Shown here: one piece after another, positions 39,118-53,571 of the stretch | Numbering within the stretch: the first letter of the stretch is position 1 | Layout: each line of letters starts with the position of its first letter | Assembly: GCA_965153455.1 (NCBI GenBank) | Contig: OZ234494.1 | Span: 11,098,001-11,162,000 of the forward strand | Source of the DNA: Sphagnum compactum | Lineage: Eukaryota | DNA length: 64,000 nt | Direction of reading: 5' to 3' | Position numbers and translations under genes: made by a program | Notes under the pieces: generated by a model | Told to the model about the DNA's origin: nothing | Database searches by the model: none | What the model saw: only the letters and a program-made list of their open reading frames with translations

Positions 39118-42100
39118 GGAGGGAAAATCAATTGGTTCAGACCCCCAAAGAAAGAGCTCAAAAGGAAAGCTCATGAATTGGAAAACCCAGATGCAAGCTA
39201 CGGTCCAACTCAAGGATTCAAATTTTGCTTCAAGTGAATCCCAAATTGGTTCCCAGGAATTTGGACCCAGGACTCCATCTAAAGAGGGCCTTAGTTTACC
39301 CATTTTAGTCCTTGTAACTGGTCTTCCTTCCATGTCTTTGTTCAGGTACTTTTTGAGGCTTTTTTCCTATGTGAGGGACACTCTCAAACAAAGCTCTACT
39401 TACGAATGGACAATGGAAGACGCTAAATAGCCCCTAATGAACATTGTTTGGGCGTCAGTGCAACACACTGCACAAGAGCCACACAGAGTTCACCATAGAA
39501 CCAACACAGGGCACAAAAAGGGCGCAAAAAGACAAAGCCCAGACAAAGCTCATTCGGGGTGTTCAGCATTCTCGCATGGATGGACAATGGATGAATGGAC
39601 CCTACCACCAGGCCTAAGGTTTCATCCATGAGCAGGTTCTTAGGCTTGGAAATGTTTCCAGATCTTTCAAACTCTTAAAGATTTGCTTGTTTTGTTTGCA
39701 CTCCAATTCATCTTTGTGGGCAACTTTCACTTTGGTGTTTTCAAATCCACAACTCAATTATATATGTGTAATGAATAGGACCAAGTACAAGGCAGTTGTG
39801 GAAATGAGGAGGGCCTGGCACCAGGAAGGATGGATCCGAGTGCAGGACCTGAATTTCCAAAATTGACTTGTTTGAGGTCCTTACGCAGAAGAAGGATCTG
39901 GTAGAATTTTAAATGGCTGCGCTTTTGTTTGAGAAGGAGAGGAGCAACCTTACATGGAAGGTGCGATCCTCTATTGAGGCAGAAATTTTAATGAGGGTTA
40001 TGTGCATTCCACATCTATTTCAAAAATTCTACCAGTTCTTTATCTTTATGCGTTGCAGATGATAGTACATGCGCCAAGTAAATATGGTTTTATCATGTAG
40101 TTGAAAGGTTGTATTGTAGCTATGTTTGTGTCTTGTTTCTCGTTTGAAGTAGTTGTTACTTAGAAGGAAGTGCTTTCTCTTGCATAATGGCCGAGGGCCC
40201 AAATGGCACTTACTCAAACTTTCCTTGCACCACAACAACTCAAATTAGTTTACAAAAAAAATTCATGTTTTCTTATAAGAAACCTCTTGCTTCAAGTTGA
40301 CGAGGGAATTGCACCTTATAAGAAGGCACTTTGAAAGTATATTCTGCACATCTGTCAAGGTCATTGTGAAGATGTTTTTTCATAGTTATTTTTCATCATT
40401 ATGTTACGTGCCACTAATGAGAAAAGATGCCAAATAGATTGTGGTTTTATCATGCACTTCGCAAGGGTATATTATTAGTTGGATATTGGAGTGTCGTTTC
40501 TAGATTTGCAAGCTTGTGCAAGCAAGTGGAGAAGGTGCATCAATGTTGATTGTCGTTAATTTATCATACCCATGCTCCTCGTGAAAGCTTTCTATGTAAG
40601 ATGCACAACAAATTCAGAAATGGTTTTTTTGTAGCATTTGATACTTTTGAATTCCTTATTTGCCGAGGATGAATTGTTTTGCAACACCTCTAACTTATGT
40701 ATGGAAATGGAAGTTTGCGTGTTTGCAATCATCCAACACAATAAGCTTCTACGTTAAACTTGAATGCCTACAAGGATAATTGGCCTTTAATAATAGACAT
40801 ACTATGTATCTCTTCATCTAAATTACAAGTTATCCCTATCTTCTAGCAATTATGTATGTTATTTTGAAGTTTGCCACGATTGCCATAAACTTGAACCTTG
40901 CAATTGGGAAAGTGACAAGTTGATCTTTTAGCGCAATATTTTTTAACGATACGATGAGCTACATTTTGTTCCATAAACCCTTTCATAAGTTTTATGAATT
41001 TGAAGCAATCCAATAAGAGACATCATAAGTTGTGTGTTTTTAAGCATAAGACAAATAACAAGAATCTAATTATGGAGTTAAGTACAAAAAGGTATTTTGT
41101 ATAGGTATTTTGATTTGTAATGCAAATATTTCGAAATCATATGTAACAAAAGATTTGGTGTTTCATCTTCAAGGGACAAATGCTTCACATGGCACAAATG
41201 GATAAAAAAAAACATTCATTGCAATAAAAACAATATAGTGCAATTGTTATATTTCACAATCATTCATATTAACTTGGGATTCTTGATGCACACAAGTACT
41301 ATTATTGGAATGTTGATATATAATCAAATTCGTATCTAGTCTCTTATTATTACTCATTGATAATGTGACTTTTCCATGAGAGAAATTTTCTATTAATCAA
41401 ACATTTTGATTGAACCCTTTTTTTTTTATCAATAAATTCATAGAATTAAAAATTCATTTCAGCTAATTGAAATTTTTCAAATTGTTTCTTCTTAAGTACT
41501 AGAGAGATTTGTGCCAATATAACTAATGCAAAAAAAAGCAAAAGACCCTAAACACGTAAAGGATCTTGAAGTCCAAAGTGAGCAATTAATCCGCTGATGA
41601 GTTGTTTTATGGCAGTTCTATCCATCATCGTTTAATTATTTTGTAACTTTAAATGATTAAGATTTTTTTGGGATGGCTACAAGCTTTCTTTGAACAAATT
41701 AATGGTTTAATTTGAAGCACAATTTGTTGTTTAGTGTGTTTTTAATTCAAATGCATGGCCACAATCAAGACCTATTTTTTGCATATCAATTACAACAATC
41801 AGCAAACTTGATTCTATTTATTTTTAAAGCTATAAAGAGAGTTCAAAAAAACTATTTACATATTCTAAACAATTATGATTGGGTATGTTTTCCTTTTTCA
41901 AAAAACCAAACAAACTCTTAGAACCAATAAACAATAAACATGACGTAGAAACCTCAAACAAAAACAACACAAACTTGAAGGAGGGTGTTCATTTCCTTCT
42001 CCAATTATGCTTTAAACTTTGGACTTCGAATGGCCAAATGGGCATAAGATATATGAGGAAGCATTCAACATACAATAAGTTTTTTTTAATTACAACAACT

Positions 42101-44351
42101 TACAACAAATTAATTTTAAATTACAATACTTGATGAAGCAAAATCATTGGTGATATGGACATCAACCTGATCAACAAATGCCATTTATTAGAAGATTAAT
42201 GTAACCCAAGGTTAGTTTCATCATTAAATAATCTAAAAAATCCTAAAACCAATTTCTTTAAAATGTCCACATGGGTAATGATAGTGTGGATTATTTCACC
42301 TTCATGTGAAAGTAAGAAATAATGGAACATTTCAAAAGTGGAAAATGCTTAAAAAATGTAGCCAACTTTGAAAAATCACCATGGGAACATCATAATTTGG
42401 AATATTAATTTATTTTTTGAAATAATCTTCTATACTTGCAAAGTTGCAATCAACAAAATTCATGTTTCAAAATTCTTGTTATATGTTTAAAGCATTTTTA
42501 AAATAAGGATGTGGACAACTCTTTTTTTTACCCAAAAATATTTTTTCCTTATCAAACATGCATGAAATCTTTTTAAACTTATTGTGAGCTTTAATATACC
42601 TCACAAGAAGGACCATAAGTGTTCAACCATTAAAATTTATTTTTACAGGCACTTCATTGAATTCTAATTTTTGAAAGTCCTTAATGATTAAAATAATTCG
42701 CAATTTGTGCTCACGGTTCAAACCAAAGTCATATACTTTATTATAATGTAGGGTTTGATGCAAAATTTTCAAAGTTTTATTATATTATGGGTCATATTTG
42801 GTTTGAAAATTTGAATGAAAAATGCAAAGAAATGGTACAATAGACCAACAAATGAACACCACATGTGTAAAAATGCAATCATTGGAAAGAACTTTGGGCT
42901 TGACACCCTTGGCTCCACCCTTCTTTGATGATGAAATTTGTGACCATGAAGTATAGGCATTTGTGTATACAACCACCTTTTGCAAGTAATCCACTTGATG
43001 TTTCCTCTTTCTTATGAGTGAAATTGATTGTTTCAATGGTTGTTTTGAGGCCATCTTTGATCCTTTAGATACATCAACACTATGACAAAGTGCTTACTTT
43101 TGTGTTTGATTGATAACTTGGATTAGGTGTGCTTGATGATGAACATCCATGCACTATAAAAGTGTGAATTGATAGGCATGAACTATAAGGCATTTAACCA
43201 TGCATTGAATGCCATGATTTGCCACAAACATCCAATATTTGTATATGCACATTCAAAATATGACAAATTTCAAAAATGATAATAATTCCATTATGCAAAA
43301 ACGAAATTTGTGAAAAAAAAATATTCATTTTTATGGCGACAAATTTGACCCTAGGCTATGGTAACCTGGAAGAACATTAAAATAGTTGCAACAAATTGAA
43401 TGTAACACCAAGTTCAATGTTTCTACAAGACAAATGCCCAAACAAGAAAGGTTTTTTGTTTTTCACAATAAGCATTTTAAGTATGCTTCACATTAATCAT
43501 TTTTCAATGAAAGATATGTAATGCAACAATTTAAGATCAATCCTTTAAGTGAAAGGATTAAGGTTGAAATTTACTGTGTTAATTCTTACCACTTAACCTT
43601 TTTCCCAATAGTCATCACCTTCAAATGCTAAGTCCCTTAAAATGCCTTACAACTTTTGGAAAGTTCAACAATGAATGGAAATTGAGCTAGTTGGGAAAGT
43701 TGGGAAAGTTGGACAATTGGAACAAAATCAACCAATTTAAACCTTGGGTAGTTGGATAATGGAGTTTCATCCACCATCCCATTTTCTTGAGGAAATTGCG
43801 TCAATTTCATTTTTTTCCATTCGTTGCGCAACTTTCCCAAATGCTTTCATTTCTTTGGGCTTTCATCCATTGTGCAACTTCCCCAAGGAGATGGGGCAAA
43901 CATTCTTGGATTTTAGTCCATTATGCAATTTCTTAAGGGAGCAAGACCAATTGTTTCTTGGATTTACATCCATTTTGCAACTTCCATAGATATTTTCCCT
44001 TGAGAGACGAGGCTACATTTCTTGGAAAAGTCTGGCCAACTTCCCCATATCTTTATCCTCTATGCAACTTTCATGGGAACATTTGTTACATTTTTCAAAT
44101 GCTTTCATCAAGGGAATAATTGGCCAAATTGCCTCCAATGTTATCCTTGGGGAAATGAGGCCATTTTTTTCATATTTTCATTCACTATGCAATTTCCTTA
44201 AATCATTTCCTTGAAGGAGCAAGCCAAGTTCCTTTGTTGCCTTCCTTAGCAAAATGGGGCCAACTTCCCTAAAATTTCATCCATTTCACAATTTTTACAT
44301 ACACTTTCCAAATGAAGGGTGATAAAGTTTGCTAGGTTTTTATTCATTCAA

Positions 44352-45231
44352 CACTAGAAGAAATCTTCTCATATGCAACCAATCATTTTTCAATTGTGTG
44401 CAATTGGTTGTTTACAACTAGATTGGCCATGCTTGCAATTACAAAATTGGCATTGTATATTTTTTTGGGTTATATGATTGTGTGTTCAACTAATGGTGTA
44501 CATATGGGTTATTATAAGTAATATACATAGGTTAATACACCTAATGGTGTACATATGGGTTAGTATAACTAATATACATAAGTTAATATACTATAAAACT
44601 AATAAAAATGTGGTGTACTAAATTGTGGTACATAGGTGCACTAAACATGTTCACAAACCAAATGCCATTTGGGATGAACCAATAAAAAAGGCCAAACCTC
44701 ACACTATATATATATATACATACCTATCTAAGTGCCATGTGTCAACATCCTATTGACCTTAAATTGGACGATCTAGATTTAATCAATTAATTTAAAATAA
44801 TAAATAAAATATGAACTTAAAATTGCTAGATGTCACCAAATAATTGGTTTTAAAATGGACAAAGTTTGAAATCTAATTCACACTTTATTGGATGGTTTAG
44901 ATATTATTAATTATATTGAATTTTAGGATATGGTTCAAATGGCATGTGTCACCATATAATTTGACATTCAAAATTGGACATGTGTCATGAAAAGATAGGT
45001 CAACATTTTAATTGCATATAATTAGTTACATCTATAATTTCTTAACAAGAATATGAATGGATCAAAGTGTATAATGATATTGTATATACATGTTAAGTAT
45101 GATCTATCACATGCAATTGAAAAGTTGTGTGTGATTTGTCTTTGGCAACTAAAAGTTGTATTTGCGTGTGTTGCATGCAACTAAAAATTAGTTGCAAATG
45201 ATAGTTGCAAAACCCTATTTTTCTTCTAATG
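44352..45231. mobile_element. 880-bp non-autonomous CACTA element
   Basis: TIRs CACTAGAAGAAA and TTTCTTCTAATG (11/12). 3-bp TSD CAA at 44349-44351 and 45232-45234. TGCAAC/GTTGCA subterminal repeats and an internal 52-bp tandem duplication at ~44490-44590. Confidence 0.88.
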
Positions 45232-47997
45232 CAACAACATTTCAAAAATTGTAAGGAATTTAAAACAAATCAATTGATAGCTGATTGGGGAAAAAATAAA
45301 TTAAAGCAATGCCCATCTTTCAACACAAAAGATTAGATCTAAACCAATGGATCACATTCTTTTTAAACCCTTATAAGCCAAAAAGACCCAAATTTGATCA
45401 ATCCTATTTTTGAAGGGAATAAGTGAAACGAAATTCCACCAAATTAATTCAATTTTTTTGTTGCGCAATAAAGGGAAAAAAGTTCTAGCTAGGATTTGCC
45501 CATTTTTATGCATGCAATTTCTATTTATATTTTCTACATCCCCAAGAGTGGGAAGATGTCAAAAATTAACCCATACATACCAAGCTAATTTTGCATGCTA
45601 GTTGTGAAGGGGGCACCGCATTGCATCCTTTGTCAAAAGGTTGTTATAATCATTTGCCCACACTGGTTGGGTAGAAATCAAAGGTTCAAGGTGTGAATGC
45701 TTACATGTGCCCACCTATTGGGTGAAAGGCCATTCACCTTTGGTTTTTCTTTTTCTTTTTTTTAAATATATATTTTAAATTTATAAATTTAAGGCAATGT
45801 AACCATTATTCAAATGTTGTGGCAAGGTTAGAGATTTTTAGAACATTTGAGACCACACTTGTAATGAATGATGAGGCAATGATTCAATTTTTTTTGAAAC
45901 CTTGAACTTAGAAGAAAATACTTTGGATTTGGTCAATTTGAAGCCAATATCTTTTTCACAATTTTAAGTTTAATTGAAGTTTTTGTTACACTAGGTCTTT
46001 TGTATATCTGGCATGTATTCGCCATAATAATTTTTGGCAGAATGATTTTGGGTATGACCTAAGGGATTGAATAAGTTCAATGAGTGGAACTTGACAAGGA
46101 TAATGCACGGATCAAATCATTTTGCAAATGGAAGTGAAAAATGTTTATATGTGATATGAAAGTAATTGACATATGCTTTTGACAAAATGTCATGAAAAAA
46201 AAAAATCCTAAATATTGATTTTTTTTTAAATGCAAAAGTGACACTACTTGTCCTTTCTCTTTTGGGATTCTTCATTTTTATCAAACTTTGGCTTATATCT
46301 TACTCATCTCTCCATGTTTAGCTCTAAAATTTTTACTTTCATGTTTAACCTTAAAGTTTTGATTTCTTGGACTATGTTTACTCATATCCAACTACTAAAA
46401 TTTCTAACAATGGCCTCAAATTGTGACAAGTTCAATTCATCTCATAATAAAAGAAGAAGACAAATTTACCTCCATTTATTCCTTTAAAAGTTAAGGCATA
46501 CTTATAGTTTAAATATAGAAATTTGATTACATACCAAATTTTTGAAATATATTTCCATGTTGAGCACCACTAACATGCATAGTGCACATTGCATACTCAA
46601 ACTTGTGGACTTTTGCATAGGAGTTTAAGTTACATTTAATTTGATCCACTTATGAGTGCATGTTTTTTTTTATTGCAAAACATCTTCCATGTGATAATAA
46701 GAAATTTTGATAATTTTTAGGGAAGCACAAAAAGTTATGATCTTTGGAGTTCTTTCAATTTTGCATAGAAATAAAAGATTCAATAGTAGAGAAATGTGAA
46801 AGCAATTTTTTTTTTGTTACTTAAATATCTTCTTGGAACCTTTTCATCACACCAGTTAAGGTCTTTACCCATTAGACCATTGTGATCACAAGTTCTACTC
46901 CAACAACTTTCCATTACATTTGTATAATGTAATCGTGTTCACAACCACTTCATAGGTCTATAAGGCAAACATTCACCAAATGCAAAGTTGTGTGATCTAT
47001 GAATCAATGTGTGAATCATTTGAAAATGAGACCTATCATCCTCTTTTATGGGATCATATGTTTTCATAAGTTCCTTACAAAGTTCCCTACATGTGAAATG
47101 TTCCCAAACATTTTAACATTAATTAACATACTTGCAACTAATGCTTGGTGGTAATTAATTCTCAAGAAAACAAGTCAATTTTTTTAAAAAAATTGTGCAT
47201 ATTGTGAAAAATTTAAGGAGAATTGAACCATGCACCCAATAAATAGTTTTAGCCATTGAACTACCACAATGATTTTGAAAGATATGAAGAAACTTAACAT
47301 CCTTAATTTATATTATTGAAACTATGAACTATTCAAAATGGGATTGCCAAACCCCATTTTTTCACAAAATAAATATATCAATGAAAGTTGCCAATTATTA
47401 ATCTTAAATATAATATCTATAGATTGCCAACCTGCTGGTAGTTTTCCAATGTAAAACATGTGTCCATGCAACAAGAAATAAGGTTCCATTTCAATGGCTT
47501 CCCATTAGCACATGTGTTTGATCACAATAACCTAATGAAAAAAGACCTTAGGAAACCTTGCCTTAAGAACGTACAACCATCATGAGTTTTATGAAGCACA
47601 TGCATGAGACTTTTGGAATGATGTCATAATTTTAAGTATGCTATTCCAATATAGATCAAAATATGGGGACAAAGAACATTATTAATTTTCAAGATGAAGG
47701 AATGCAAACTATGGTACTAATGAAACACTTGTGACATATTATTATTGCTTGAAACCCATCAATACTAGCAAGGAGGGTTGGAACTTCAATGAACATTAAT
47801 AAAAAAACCATAAAGAACCAATATAAGTTTTTTAGTGCATTACCCTACGTTACATTTCTTACATCAAAAGAAGATGGCAACTTACATTTAAGGATTTATA
47901 CTACACATAAATTAACACTGAAGGTTCATCCTCTCCTTTCAAATTGTTTGTTTTACGACAAGAATATACCCATTGGTTATTAACATTGGGTAAGGAC

Positions 47998-48574
47998 TAA
48001 TGTTGGTAGGTTCTTGGACTTTTACAAGTTTAGGTTTAGGTTATACATCAAGTTTTAGGGTTTTAAGACCAAAAGTTCCAAGTTTTTTTGGAACCATCAC
48101 TACAACCTAACGAAGGAACTTACCTATTTTCAAAATTGAATTAAAACTTAACCCGGGGGTGCTATGTACCCTACTTTAGAAAGGTTTAATTCTTTAGGTA
48201 AATAAATACAATTTTATTTAAAAATATAAACTTGGACTTAAATTTTTAACAAATTATTACAATTGATTTATTGTACATAATCAATATTATGTAGTCTTTA
48301 TATTGAAATGTGCATTAGTTGAACAAATTAATATTAAACAATTTTTTTTGGTTTAGTTGTGTGTAATAGAGACAAAACTAAACTTTGTTTTAAATCAGAC
48401 GCATTTTATGAAAAAATTAAATGTTTTAGAAATTCAAAAAACAATTCTCAAGATTAGACTAAAGGTTCCATAAAATTAAAAAAAGTTAGAACCAAGACCA
48501 AAAGTTCCTTTTCAGGCCGAAGGCTACGCCTTCTATAATTTCTTTCCAGTCAAATCAAGAACCAAACAACATTC
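47998..48574. mobile_element. 577-bp hAT-family MITE
   Basis: TIRs TAATGTTGGTAGGTTCTTG and CAAGAACCAAACAACATTC; 8-bp TSD GTAAGGAC / ATAAGGAC. Confidence 0.78.
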
Positions 48575-48872
48575 ATAAGGACCTTGAAAAGAATTATTTT
48601 GAGAATTTGGGTCCTACATTCAACTCACGCCTAACATGGGGCCTTTGTTCTCAAAACAATCCCATGTTCAATCCTTATTATATAAAAAACCTCAAAGGAA
48701 ACTATTGCACATTTTTAAAGAGAAAATGCAACACATTAAACAAACTTGGGGATACATAATTGACTCCATCCACTTCACATTTTTCAATTATCCTTGTGAA
48801 ATTGGTGTTATAGTTTTGACAACAAATAAATATTGCAAAGAATTAGAATATAATCTCAATTCTTTGGACTAA

Positions 48873-50664
48873 CACTTCACTAAAAGGCGCCATTTATGAC
48901 TCCATCCATAACTAAAAATGTCAGTCATATATGCCTTAACAACTAAATGATTATGCAATCAATTCAAACTTGTCACTTATGCCATCTAGTTGCCATGATA
49001 ATAGTCATTTACCCCATTCCATACCATTTTTGTGACTACAATCATGGATTGACAATCACGATTTTATGATCATGCGAACACAATCATCAAAATTTTAAAT
49101 ATTAAATAAAATTATATTCTTTCATAACAAATTAAACATGTACACATGTGGCACATTGCAATTAAGACATGTGTGACACTTAAACATAGGCCACTTAGGC
49201 TAGGCTAAGCCATGTGGCACCTAAGCTAAGCTTAGGCCCCAATAGCCTTTGTGGCACATAGGTTAGGTATGGACTTAAACCACATGGCACCCATGTTATA
49301 CCTAGACCTAGGCCACATGGCACTTAGCCTAGGCCTAGACCTAAACACCTAGGTTAAGCTTAAACATAGGCCATGTGGCACCTAATTAGGAAAATCTTAT
49401 TTCATTTTTAATTTGATTTTAAAAGTTGAACCTTTTTTATTGGCTCATACCACATGACATTTCATTTTTTGGATGTTTGTAGTGCACCCATTTATATTGT
49501 TTACAAGTTTGAAAGGATGATAAACAATATGGGATAATCTTTTGGGAAAGGGAAACATTTCCATATCCCATATAACATTATCCCACATTGTAGTAATTAA
49601 ATAGGTACATTAATCAAGTAGGTAGGTAAGTAATTAAATATGCAAGTAAATTAATTAAGTAAGTAGGTCCATAACTAAGGAGGTAAGTAGATACATATGT
49701 TGATTAGGTTAATGTAATAGTTAATTATAATAATTAATGCCTAGGTATTTAGTTTCACATTATTACACCCATGTCAATAATAAGAGTTAGTTACAATAGT
49801 TAACACTTATATTTATAACTAGTTATCTTAGCCTAGGTATGTTGGTAGTTTATTTTAGCTTACATATTTAGACTACCTAGACTACGTAAACCACCTACAT
49901 AACATATTGAGGTTACCTAAACTAGGTAGGCATGTAATTTAAGCTTAATATACATGTAGCTTAGCCTAGGTTTGTAGGTGGTATAAGCTAGCCTAGATAG
50001 ATAGGTAGTTGGAAGGTAGGAATTAACAAGTAGTTGGATAATGGTAATTTAATCTAGGTAGGTAGGCTAACTTAGCTACCTACATAGGTAAGCATATACT
50101 AACTTAACTTATATACTTACCTTGGTAGGTATTTAAACCTATGCTAGCTACCTATGCATTTGTAGTGTGGGGGCATTTTAATATCGCTTGTCAAAAAGAA
50201 AAATGTTCAATGACCTAATGTTGGATTAAGTTTATTTTTGTGGTTCATGTGCAAAATCACAATATTTAATAGCATTCACAATTGGTTAATGATTATATGT
50301 TATTTCAAATAGTTAAATAAAAATTGAGGTTACTTTTGACAATGTTCTCAATTATACATCATTTTTCTCCCCTATTGATAATTATGAACATATTGTTCTT
50401 AAGTGCATGCATTTAACCAACAAGTTTTTTTAATATGTAATTTTCACATTTTTTTAACATGTCCAATTTTTTGGTTAATTAATCAAATTTGATCTTGAAG
50501 TCAAATCATATGCCTTAATCATGTAGTAATGAACATCATGACATGATTAGTCGTGTAATTATTATACACATGACTAAATCATGCTACATGACTAATGACA
50601 TGACTAAAACTTAATCATAGTTATAAAAATGTTGAAGTCATGGCTGTCACCTTTTAGCATAATG
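48873..50664. mobile_element. ~1.8-kb non-autonomous CACTA element
   Basis: Decayed TIRs CACTTCACTAAAAGGCG and CACCTTTTAGCATAATG (consensus near CACTACGCTAAAAGGCG). TSD TAA on both sides. CATGAC/GTCATG subterminal repeats and an internal GCCACATGGC/CCTAGG repeat block at ~49150-49390. Confidence 0.78.
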
Positions 50665-53113
50665 TAATAATGTTGAACAAGATTACAACTTGACACCCCC
50701 AAAAAAAATTTAAATTCTTCAACCATTCACCATTAGGTAAAGATGCCTTGAATCTATTGTTGTAAATGTTATTCATTTGTTTTTTTATTTCTTATCTTAG
50801 TTGGATTTTGTTTCAAGAAAATGGCTTCACTTTTGGAATGCAAGTTACAAGTAGTTAGTTGTCTCTCCTTCAATTGCCAAAGCGTCATTCTTGTGCACAA
50901 TTATACATATATCAATTTTTCTCACCTTTTTTTAACATTCACTTGCTTATTTATATTTGTAGGATACATGTGAGACAAGGAGGTGATAATGATTTAATTT
51001 TATCCTTATCAAGGATGATAAATTTTCAAGCTTATTTTACCTTTATCCTTACCCAAATTGGGAATTTCAATTAAATACTTAGCTGATATAATAATTGATA
51101 CTAGTGTGGCTTGTGCCATTGGCTCAAGTGTGAATACGACCGAGGTGATAGAGCCCAGTTTTGAAAAACTTATATAAGATGAATATCTAGAGACAAAAAA
51201 GTATTCAAAATTCAGTATCTCCCCTCCCACCTTAAGTCTAAAAATTATGAAATCACTTCCAAGAAATCTCACTCACCAAGGGTTTTCCAATAGTATCAAG
51301 AGCTTGCCCCAATTTCCCTAGCATTTTTAGTTTTGAGATTTTGTTGAATTTTCTTTGACAAAATTGTTCAATATTCAATATTTCTTCCATCATATGTCTA
51401 ATGAAACAACCTCAGGTAATTAAGTAACTAATTAATTAATCAAACTTTTAAAAGGGCTAATGACTTGGGGGAATTGTTAACACATAAAACTCATGATGAA
51501 ACTCATGGGTAGTTTTGTGCTAGGTTCTATTTGCAACAACCAATTGTGGATTTGAGATATCATCTGGATGCCCAAGAGTTGGCACTTGGGAGAGAGAAGA
51601 TGGGTGTGCAAGCTAGAATTGTGTGCTATTGTCTAACTACTGGCTGTTAGAGACACACTTTTGGTATGCTCAACCTCTCAATACCCATGTAAGGGAAAAC
51701 CTTTTCCATGCTTTGATTGCTTCCATAATGCACACACAAGTAGTCCACCCCCACACACCCCTCCCCCGCCTCCTCTTCCTCTCTCTCTCTCTCTCCCTCT
51801 CTCTCTCTCTTACAAGAGTCCTTCCTATCAGCTCTCATGTGTGATCATCAACCAGCAACCAGCAACCAGGCGTAACTTTCAACTTTCAGCAAGAAAAAGA
51901 AAGAAAGTGAAGAAAGAAAGTGATAAAACTTCCAAATGTTTTATTTTCTCAATTTGTCTAATTTTTGCTAAGCAAAAGATCAGGCTGCTTATAGTAGTTT
52001 TTACTACTCTGGGGAGTCTCTACAAATAATGCCATATCAAGCACAAAGTAGAGTAAAATAGTAGCAAATGGACTGTGTATAGAAGGATTTACATTCCATC
52101 TACTCCTAATGCATATTGAGTTTTGCATGCCAAAAAAGGAATTACAGTTGTAGTGTGGATTACATTAGATTGTGCCCTATCCACCAGTAGCAGATTCATA
52201 GCTTTGTAATTCTAGCAAGAAAAAAGGAAAAAAAGAATCTTATCCCCAAAACTCCCATCAAAGAGTTATACAAGGTTCATATAGAATATGATCTAGTCCC
52301 CAAAAATGAGGTCAAGATTATGCAACATATATTTATACTGGTTGAATATCCAAACCAATGATTGAACCATGAGAAAATGATCGTGTGAGATAAATCTGCC
52401 ATGATCAGTCCAAAAGAGTGACCATCATGACCAAAACTATCACCGGCTTGCTCCAGTTGGATTACCCTGAAGCAAAGCAAAGAATACCCAACAAGTTTAG
52501 AACCAAGAAATTCTGTTGTTATGGGGCCATAACGATATACATATATTACGAGATTCCTTGTAATTATGTTTTGAGAAGATCAAATTGTGAAAGGAGAATT
52601 TGATAAAGGCAAAGAAAAAAAGAAAAAAAAAACAGAAAAGGATCGGTTGGTTGCAAGTATTAGATTAGAGAAACTAAAAAGATTGAGACTAAAAAATTGT
52701 AAAGTGAGACTGAAGTGTTGCAGGATATAATTTGTGCCTCTGATTTTGCCACTACCCAAATCACCAAAAAAACTAAACAAAAAACCAAACAGAGTTGACC
52801 AGAATAAACCATGAAAAGAAGGACAACATATGCATGCAGTGCAGCAGTTCCGTGGTCATCATCAGATAGTTCAACTGTTGTCCAGTGAGAGGTGAAGAAG
52901 ATGATTGCTCAGATCACCAGTGTTGGTTGCTGTTGCTGCTGCTGTTGCTGTTGTTGCAGCTGCGACGAGAAAAAGGTGCACCATGACATTTGTCTTGTGC
53001 ATGATTCAGTTATGAAGTCAGACAGTCAAATTGGAAAGCTGGTGTGTGAGTTCACTTGCTGGTCAATTTTTTCTTCTTCCTCCTCTTCTTTCACTTTCCA
53101 TCCAGTTTTTTGA

Positions 53114-53134
53114 CCAATCCTCTCCTCATAAATA
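53114..53134 (+). promoter_or_regulatory. Candidate PAL core promoter (CCAAT plus TATA-like CATAAATA)
   Basis: CCAAT at 53114 and CATAAATA at 53127-53134. They precede a putative 5'UTR exon and a 5'UTR intron 53285-53567 (AG|GTAACT...CCAG|GGTGATG). Confidence 0.45.
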
Positions 53135-53571
53135 CTGCATTCCCATTCTGCCTCTGCTACTTATCTGCAAACAGAACCCAATTTTACCCCAAAATTCACA
53201 CTTGTTGATCTCCCTGGACCAGCTAGCCTTCAGTCTTCAACATAGCTCCAGTCCAGGCTCAGTCTGGGTCCAGTTGCTGGACAGGTAACTTTCCTCAGCT
53301 CTGGTACCTTGAGAAAGCAAAAGAGTTTCAGTACAAACAGTCGCCAGCAATATTTGTCCTTAGTCTCTCAGGTCACAAGTTCGTCAAAGTTGAGCTGATG
53401 TGAAGTGGGTTCTGTGGAACTTGTCTGAGTTTGAATCACTTAGATGTGGAGAGAATTGCTCTTGGATCTCCAAGGAGTAGAGTTCTAAAGAAACATGTTT
53501 GGGTGAGAATTGTGTTGAGAGATAGACCTGGTATTGATCTGGATTGAACTTTTGTCACTGTAACCAGGGTG

